This document shows positions 57,638 through 64,000 of a stretch of 64,000 nucleotides of DNA, in pieces. The position numbers and the translations under genes were made by a program. Source of the stretch: Nitrospirota bacterium (GTDB taxonomy: Bacteria > Nitrospirota > UBA9217); assembly GCA_963840455.1 (NCBI GenBank), contig CAWIYV010000013.1, positions 58,560 to 122,559 on the forward strand. The letters are read 5' to 3'. Each line of letters begins with the position of its first letter. The stretch's first letter is position 1. The notes under the pieces were generated by a model, which saw nothing but the letters and a program-made list of their open reading frames with translations, ran no database searches and was not told where the DNA came from.

Positions 57638-58509
57638 ACGGACTGACCCTCCGCACACCGGCCAAGATCAACCTTTGCCTCTCCGTGCTCCGAAAGCGGC
57701 CCGACGGGTATCACGACGTCGAGATGGTTCTGCAGGCCGTGGGCCTTTACGACGAGGTGACGGTCCGGCTTTCCGGGAGCGGCATCACGGTCACCTGCGA
57801 CAGCGCCGCTGTCCCGGCCGGTGCCGCGAACATCGCCTGGCGGGCGGCCCGGGAGATGCTGGACCTGTCCGGCAGGCCGTCGGGCATCGTCGTGGAGATC
57901 AAAAAGACCATTCCCGTGGCCGCCGGCCTGGGCGGAGGGAGCAGCAACGCGGCGGCAGTGCTGGTTGCCTGCAACCGTCTGCTCGGCATTGGCCTGGGCC
58001 GGGAACAGCTTGCCGGGATCGGCACGAGGCTTGGCATGGACGTCCCGTTTTTCCTGTATGGACCAACGGCCCTTGCCCGGGGGAGGGGGGAGGTCCTGAC
58101 GAGCCTTCCGCCGCCGCCTAAGTTCTGGGTTTTGCTCGTCAATCCCGGGTTCGAGACCTCCACTGCCTGGGCCTATAAAAACCTGAATTTTGGGTTGACA
58201 AAAAAAGGCGATTGTACTACTATTGCAGGGCTTAACGTCAGCCAGATCGCCGGGTCGCTCCACAACGACCTCGAAACGGTGACGGCTGCCGCCCATCCGG
58301 CCATCGGGGAGATGGAGCAGGCCCTGTTCGAGGCAGGGGCGTTGGGCGCCCGCATGAGCGGCAGCGGGCCGACGGTATTCGGGATCTTCGATGCCGAGGC
58401 GGGCTGCCGGGAGGCGGTTCAAAGACTTCAGAAGAAAGGGTGGCGGCTCTATCCGGCAGAGACCCTGACCGGGCCGCTTTATGGGGACCATCTGGCGCCA
58501 GCGTTCTGA
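57634..58509 (+). CDS. ispE: 4-diphosphocytidyl-2-C-methyl-D-erythritol kinase
   Basis: PAKINL.L, DGYH, IPVAAGLGGGSSNAA, MSGSGPT. Confidence 0.96.
   Translation: MNGLTLRTPAKINLCLSVLRKRPDGYHDVEMVLQAVGLYDEVTVRLSGSGITVTCDSAAVPAGAANIAWRAAREMLDLSGRPSGIVVEIKKTIPVAAGLGGGSSNAAAVLVACNRLLGIGLGREQLAGIGTRLGMDVPFFLYGPTALARGRGEVLTSLPPPPKFWVLLVNPGFETSTAWAYKNLNFGLTKKGDCTTIAGLNVSQIAGSLHNDLETVTAAAHPAIGEMEQALFEAGALGARMSGSGPTVFGIFDAEAGCREAVQRLQKKGWRLYPAETLTGPLYGDHLAPAF
58195..58223 (+). promoter_or_regulatory. sigma70 promoter inside ispE
   Basis: TTGACA-N17-TACTAT in an AT-rich patch of a GC-rich gene. Confidence 0.7.
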
Positions 58510-58564
58510 CGGACAATCCGGAGGCAAGACAGCGCATCATTGATCGCACAGCGGGGGTGAGCGT

Positions 58565-58876
58565 ATGGAGATCACAGAAGTCAGGGTGTTCCCGGTTGCC
58601 AATGAAGAGCGTCTGAAAGCCTATGCCACCATCACGATCGACAATGTCTTCCTGATCAGGGACCTCCGGGTGATCAACGGGAACACCGGCCTGTTCGTGG
58701 CCATGCCGAGCCGGAAGATGAAGGACGGAACGTTCAAGGACATTGCCCATCCGCTGAACAGCGATACCCGCCAGATGATCGAGAAGAAGGTCCTGGCCGA
58801 ATATGAGCGCGAACTGGCGAACCCGACCAAGCGGCCGGAGCGTCCCGACAGCGCGGCCGACGCCAGCCAGGGGTAG
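58565..58876 (+). CDS. spoVG: SpoVG family nucleic-acid-binding regulator
   Basis: MEITEVRV, LKAYATIT, GLFVAMPSRK, FKDIAHPLN. Confidence 0.94.
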   Translation: MEITEVRVFPVANEERLKAYATITIDNVFLIRDLRVINGNTGLFVAMPSRKMKDGTFKDIAHPLNSDTRQMIEKKVLAEYERELANPTKRPERPDSAADASQG

Positions 58877-59036
58877 CGCTGCAGCCGAGCGACCTGCCGA
58901 TTCTGCATCAGACCTGAGAGGATAGGCATCCTGCCTGTCCTTTTACTGTTTTGGATTATCTCCTGAACAACGAGTGGACACATAGCAAGGATCTCGAGCA
59001 AATTAATGTCGGGACGAGGATGTTCACCTTGGTTTT

Positions 59037-59448
59037 CTTTTTTCTGCACCCCGGTTCACAGGTCCGTGCAGGCATGCAAGGCTGGTACTGTTGACAAGGC
59101 TACTCGAGCATCGCAGCACTTCCCCTCGCCCAGGAGTAAGGGCTCGGCCGTGACTGCTTGGCTTGGTGGTGTTATGCGGCCATGACTGCTTCCGCATGCT
59201 TGTGCACAGCCCTGTTCACGGGATGCAGGGGCATTTGGAAAGGCAGATGCAGAGGCCTATACCCAAACCCCGCATGTCACCGGAGCGGCCCTATGAATTT
59301 CCTGGGGCACCCGTCTTGGCCTAAGGAAGCGTCCCGCAGGGCGCACGCGCATGTTTGAGGCCGAAGGCCGAGTTTGCGCGGGCGAGCGGACGTGGCCTTA
59401 GACGGGTCAGGAAATTCATTCAGGCCGCGAAGGGGATATGCAAAAAAA
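59037..59448. repeat. family B element, divergent copy
   Basis: Shared left end (ttttttctgcaccccgg) and right module 59293-59448 with compensatory substitutions. Confidence 0.75.
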
Positions 59449-59516
59449 TTACGTCTCTTCAAGCGATAAAATATACCCACTCAAGAGGGACAAGACCAAC
59501 TATTTTCTCCGTCCAT

Positions 59517-59590
59517 TCGGGGATCGTCTAATGGTAGGACAGAGGCCTTTGAAGCCTTGAATCGGGGTTCGACTCCCTGTCCCCGAACCA
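59517..59590 (+). tRNA. tRNA-Gln(TTG)
   Basis: Acceptor TCGGGGA/TCCCCGA, anticodon arm GAGGC-ctTTGaa-GCCTT, GGTTCGACTCC, encoded CCA. Confidence 0.95.
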
Positions 59591-59629
59591 TTCTTGCGGT
59601 CGTGACGCTCCGTGCGTCGAGAGGGAACG

Positions 59630-60580
59630 ATGGTAAAAGCGAAACAGGGCATGAAGATCTTCACCGGCAACGCCAATCCCGGCCTGGCGAAAGAGATCTG
59701 CGACCGGATGAACATCCCTCTCGGGAACGCCGTGGTCAGCCGGTTCAGCGACGGGGAGATCAATGTCCAGATCATGGACAACGTGCGCGGATGCGACGTG
59801 TTCGTGGTGCAGCCCACGGCGAGCCCGGTGAACCGGCACTTGATGGAGCTCCTCATCATGATCGACGCCCTCAAGCGCGCGTCGGCGGCCCGGATCACGG
59901 CGGTGCTGCCCTACTACGGCTACAGCCGGCAGGACCGGAAGGTCCAGCCCCGCGTGCCGATCACGGCCAAGCTCGTGGCGGACCTCATCACCACGGCCGG
60001 CGCGAACCGGGTGCTGACCATTGACCTGCACGCGGGGCAGATCCAGGGGTTCTTCAACATCCCCGTGGACAACCTGTTCGCCGCCTCGGTGCTGCTGGAC
60101 TACCTTCGGTCCAAGAAGTTCAACAATCTCACGCTGGTCTCGCCCGACGCGGGCGGCGTGGAGCGTACCCGGGCGTTCGCCAAGCGGCTGAACGCCTCGC
60201 TCGCCATCATCGACAAGCGGCGGGAAAAGGCCAACGTGGCCCAGGTGATGCATATCATCGGCGACGTGAAGGGCCATGACTGCCTCCTGCTCGACGACAT
60301 GGTGGACACGGCAGGCACCCTGACCGAGGGCGTGGCGGCGCTCAAGAACGCCGGCGCCGGGATCGTCTCCGCGGCCTGCACCCACGCGGTGCTGTCGGGC
60401 CCGGCCATCCAGCGGATCAACGAATCGGCGCTGGACGAGGTGATCGTCACGAACACGATCGCCCTGGACAGCAAGAAGAAGGAGTGCGGGAAGCTGACGG
60501 TCCTTTCCGTGGCGCCGGTCCTCGCCGAGGCGATGAACCGGATCCACGAGGAGACGTCGCTGAGCTCGCTGTTCGTCTAG
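59630..60580 (+). CDS. prs: ribose-phosphate pyrophosphokinase
   Basis: RFSDGE, RQDRK, DLHAGQIQGFF, VSPDAGG, DDMVDTAGT. Confidence 0.97.
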   Translation: MVKAKQGMKIFTGNANPGLAKEICDRMNIPLGNAVVSRFSDGEINVQIMDNVRGCDVFVVQPTASPVNRHLMELLIMIDALKRASAARITAVLPYYGYSRQDRKVQPRVPITAKLVADLITTAGANRVLTIDLHAGQIQGFFNIPVDNLFAASVLLDYLRSKKFNNLTLVSPDAGGVERTRAFAKRLNASLAIIDKRREKANVAQVMHIIGDVKGHDCLLLDDMVDTAGTLTEGVAALKNAGAGIVSAACTHAVLSGPAIQRINESALDEVIVTNTIALDSKKKECGKLTVLSVAPVLAEAMNRIHEETSLSSLFV

Positions 60581-60683
60581 CGGAAGGGCAGTTCGGAGTG
60601 CGGAATACGGAGCGCGGAGTCGTGCAACCCCGTGCTTCTTGGGCAGCATAAATAATCAGCGGAAGCAGTAACGGAGGAGTGAA

Positions 60684-61439
60684 ATGGAACGCGTAGCATT
60701 GACGGCACTGGTAAGGGAAAAGGCGGGCAAGGGCGTGGCACGGGGTCTTCGCCGGGAGCAGCGGGTACCGGCGGTACTGTACAGCCACGGCAAGTCCATG
60801 CCCATATCGATGGTGAGCAAGGACGTGACGAAGATCCTCAACACCGAGGGCGGCGAGCACGCGCTCATCAACCTCACGCTCGAAGGGGCAAAAGGGTCCG
60901 GGGTGCACATGGCCCTCATCAAGGACTATCAGGTCGATCCGCTCAACGGGTCGCTCGTCCACCTGGACCTCATGGAAGTGGCCATGAACGAGAAGGTGAA
61001 GCTCCAGGTGTCCGTGCACATCACGGGCAGCTCCATCGGCGTCAAGGAAGGCGGCATCTTCCAGTACGGGCTGCGGACGCTCGAGGTCGAGTGCCTGCCG
61101 ACGCAGATCCCCGACAACATCGAGGTCAACATCGCGAACCTCAAGATCAACGAGTCGCTCCACGTGCGGGACATCACGGCGCCCGAGGGCGTCCGCGTCC
61201 TGACCGACGGCGATTCCACCGTGGCGACCATCCAGCCGCCGATATCGGTCGAGAAGCTCGAGTCCATGCTTGCCGTGGCGCCGGCCGCCGAGGCTGGCGA
61301 GCCCGAGGTCGTGGGCAAGAAGAAAGAAGGCGAGGCCGAGGCTGCAGCAGCGCCTGCGGCGGCGGGGGCCAAGGGCAAAGAGGCAGCGCCCGCCAAGGAA
61401 GCTGCCGCCCCCAAGAAGGAAGCCGCGCCCAAGAAGTAG
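60684..61439 (+). CDS. rplY: 50S ribosomal protein L25 / Ctc
   Basis: GKGVARGLRR..VPAVLY, HLDL, GVKEGG, CLPTQIP. Confidence 0.95.
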   Translation: MERVALTALVREKAGKGVARGLRREQRVPAVLYSHGKSMPISMVSKDVTKILNTEGGEHALINLTLEGAKGSGVHMALIKDYQVDPLNGSLVHLDLMEVAMNEKVKLQVSVHITGSSIGVKEGGIFQYGLRTLEVECLPTQIPDNIEVNIANLKINESLHVRDITAPEGVRVLTDGDSTVATIQPPISVEKLESMLAVAPAAEAGEPEVVGKKKEGEAEAAAAPAAAGAKGKEAAPAKEAAAPKKEAAPKK

Positions 61440-61468
61440 CGTAGAACGTTTGGCGCTCCGGGGGCCGC

Positions 61469-62032
61469 ATGAAGATCATCGTCGGGCTCGGCAACCCGGG
61501 CAGAAAGTACGAACGCACGCGCCACAACGCCGGGTTCATGGCAATCGACACGCTCGCCGGCAGCCTGAAGCTCGACTGTGCGCAGGAAAAGTATCACGCC
61601 CGTATCGCCAAGGGACGGATCGGTCCTGAGGAGGCGCTCTTCGCGAAGCCGCAGACCTTCATGAACGAGAGCGGCCGTTCCGTCGGGGCCATGCTCCGGT
61701 ACACCTACGCGAAGGGCGCAGATCTCGTGGTGGTCCATGACGATCTGGACCTTCCGCTCGGGAGCGTGCGGGTGAAGATCGGCGGCGGCCACGGCGGCCA
61801 CAACGGTCTCCGCTCCATCATCGAGCACATCGGCACGCCGGACTTCGTCAGGGTCCGCGTCGGGGTCGGCAGGCCCATACCCGGGTTCGATGCCGCGGAC
61901 TATGTCCTGAGCCCCTTCACCGCGGAAGAACGGAAGGCGGCGGTGGAGGCGGTCGAGAAGGCGGCGGAAGCGGTCAGGGCCGTTGTTCTTGAAGGCGCCG
62001 TCAAGGCCATGAACCGGTTCAACAAGCAGTGA
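61469..62032 (+). CDS. pth: peptidyl-tRNA hydrolase
   Basis: GLGNPG.KY..TRHNAGF, KPQTFMNESG, HDDLD, GGHNGLRS. Confidence 0.97.
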   Translation: MKIIVGLGNPGRKYERTRHNAGFMAIDTLAGSLKLDCAQEKYHARIAKGRIGPEEALFAKPQTFMNESGRSVGAMLRYTYAKGADLVVVHDDLDLPLGSVRVKIGGGHGGHNGLRSIIEHIGTPDFVRVRVGVGRPIPGFDAADYVLSPFTAEERKAAVEAVEKAAEAVRAVVLEGAVKAMNRFNKQ

Positions 62033-62044
62033 TCATGACGTCAG

Positions 62045-62084
62045 GCCCGGAGCGTATGGTAGAAACGGCTCCGGGTTTTTGTTT
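62045..62084 (+). terminator. intrinsic terminator
   Basis: GCCCGGAGC / GCTCCGGGT plus T-tract. Confidence 0.7.
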
Positions 62085-62160
62085 GTCCGGAGAGGGACAA
62101 GAAGGCGCCACGGAGTACACAGGGCGAGAGGTAATTTCAGCACATCGATTCAAGGTCTCT

Positions 62161-62725
62161 GGTCGATTGTGGATTTTTTTGCACATCCCTTTCTGCGTGC
62201 CTAGAAAGGTGACCAGGAGCAAGGGCATCGCGAGCGATTAGAATAAACAGGCTCGGTCGTCCTCGGTACATTTCGGAAACTTGCCCTTCGGGCTTCGAAC
62301 ATCCGAAATGTTTAACCCTCGTCCTCTGTCGCCTGCCTAAATTTTCGTATGGGAAGCCTTGACGGCGAACGTCTTTAACCAACACCGCACGTCTCTGGAG
62401 CGGACCTATGCGTTTCTTGGGCACCCATCTTGGCCTTAGGCCGCGTCCCGCAGGGCGATGCGCATGTCTGAGGCCCAAGGCCGAGTTTGCGCGATCGAGC
62501 GGACGTGGCCTTAGATGGGTCAAGAAAGGCATTGTCGCCCCCTGCATCACACTGCAGGGAGTCTCCGATCCTCAAGGAAGTTGCTATTCTAACCGCTCGC
62601 TATGCGCTCGCTCCTGGATTTAGGACGCGAAAGAGATGTGCAAAAAGATCCACAAGCAACCAGGTGTAATATCCAGACACGAGCTGCTCTCACTGACAAA
62701 GAGCCGTCATTTCTTCCATTCATTT
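62161..62725. repeat. family B element with ~40-bp imperfect terminal inverted repeats and a nested element A (62532-62618)
   Basis: 62251-62665 is near-identical to 49847-50260; ttgtggatttttttgcacatccctttc / gaaagagatgtgcaaaaagatccacaa. Confidence 0.85.
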
Positions 62726-62902
62726 AGGACATCAGTAAACCGTGTTCATCTGTGGTTTATGAGATATGAGAGTCTTTCTCTGTGATCTCTGGGCCTCTGT
62801 GGCAAGACGGTAGTCCACACAAGGGGCATAGGTGTCATACTGCGACCCACTCAAAAGGGCGAAGACACTAATTATATATCATTGTTGCACTAGGAGTCTT
62901 TC

Positions 62903-63997
62903 ATGGGTTTCAACTGCGGCATCGTCGGCCTGCCGAACGTCGGCAAGTCCACCATCTTCAACGCGCTGACCTCGGCCGGGGCGCAGGCGTCCAACTATCC
63001 CTTCACCACCATCGACCCGAACGTGGGCGTGGTGGACATGCCCGACGAGCGGCTCGACGTGCTCGCCGGTATCTACCAGCCCAAGAAGGTGACGCCCACG
63101 ATCATGGAATTCGTGGACATCGCGGGGCTCGTGAAGGGCGCCGCCCAGGGCGAGGGTCTGGGCAACAAGTTCCTGGCCAACATCCGCGAGGTGGACGCCA
63201 TCGCCCACGTGGTGCGGTGCTTCGACGACCCCAACGTCGTGCACGTTGCCGGCACCGTGGACCCGAAATCGGACATCGAGGTCATCGAGGCCGAGCTCAT
63301 GCTCGCGGACCTCGATGCCATCGAGAAGCGGCTGTACAAGGCCGAGAAGCTGGTCAAGACCGGCGACAAGAAGACCGCCGATGAAGTGGACTTCATGAAG
63401 CGGCTGAAGGAGATGCTGGCGAAGGGAGAGCCGGTCCGCCGGGGCGTCCATTCCGAGGAAGAAGCGCTGTGGCTCAAGGGCTATGCCCTGCTTTCGTCGA
63501 AGCCGGTCCTGTATGTGGCGAACGTGGCCGAGGACATGGTGGACAAGCCGAACCCGTACGTGGACGCGGTCAGGAAGATCGCCGCCGAGGAAGGCGCGGG
63601 CGTCGTGGTCATCTCGGGCCAGGTGGAGGGCGAGATCGCCCAGCTCCCGAAGGAAGAGCGGACGGAATACCTCGCGGGCATGGGGCTCAAGGAATCCGGC
63701 CTCGACCGGATGATCCGCGCAGGCTACGACCTCCTGGGGCTCATCACCTATTTCACGGCAGGCGAGAAGGAGGTCCGCGCCTGGACCATCACCAAGGGCA
63801 CGAAGGCGCCGCAGGCCGCAGGCAAGATCCACACGGACTTCGAGAAGGGGTTCATCCGCGCCGAGGTGTTCCACTACGATGACCTGATGAAGCACAAGAC
63901 CGAGCAGGCGGTGAAGGCTGCGGGATTGCTCCGGTCGGAGGGCAAGGAATACGTCGTGAAGGACGGGGACATCATGCTGTTCCGGTTCAACGTGTAG
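62903..63997 (+). CDS. ychF: redox-regulated ATPase YchF
   Basis: [37 protein letters not shown]. Confidence 0.97.
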   Translation: MGFNCGIVGLPNVGKSTIFNALTSAGAQASNYPFTTIDPNVGVVDMPDERLDVLAGIYQPKKVTPTIMEFVDIAGLVKGAAQGEGLGNKFLANIREVDAIAHVVRCFDDPNVVHVAGTVDPKSDIEVIEAELMLADLDAIEKRLYKAEKLVKTGDKKTADEVDFMKRLKEMLAKGEPVRRGVHSEEEALWLKGYALLSSKPVLYVANVAEDMVDKPNPYVDAVRKIAAEEGAGVVVISGQVEGEIAQLPKEERTEYLAGMGLKESGLDRMIRAGYDLLGLITYFTAGEKEVRAWTITKGTKAPQAAGKIHTDFEKGFIRAEVFHYDDLMKHKTEQAVKAAGLLRSEGKEYVVKDGDIMLFRFNV

Positions 63998-64000
63998 ACC

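Overview
GC-rich chromosomal window with a mostly housekeeping backbone. Gene order and riboswitch style suggest a Nitrospirota/Desulfobacterota-like bacterium (inference). Backbone: pcnB-rsmE, rpiB-glyA-dCMP deaminase-nrdR-priA, smpB, clpS, cysteine synthase, DegP-family protease, PBP1A, ileS-lspA-lgt-rluD, rlmN, and TPR-lolB-like-ispE-spoVG-tRNA-Gln-prs-rplY-pth-ychF. Accessory content: a Phd/RelE toxin-antitoxin pair, a type IIIA H+ P-type ATPase, a probable sigma54 rhodanese-TolC-MFP-RND-DUF2892 operon, and three GEMM-I (c-di-GMP-I family) riboswitches. The most unusual signal is non-coding. (A) A ~105-bp two-hairpin element (TCCAGG...TTCAA) has 13 near-complete copies, tandem arrays, and filled/empty site pairs showing insertion 3' of TGAA-like tetranucleotides; one array splits the start codon from the lolB-position lipoprotein gene. 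(B) A ~400-600 bp structured element has inverted modules and compensatory base changes. (C) 9-mer-periodic long palindromes, one of which links ileS in frame to lspA. (D) Octamer tracts bracket a four-helix-bundle gene as inverted arrays. No transposase, integrase, cas gene, CRISPR array or rRNA was seen. All calls come from reading sequence motifs by eye; no database searches were run.
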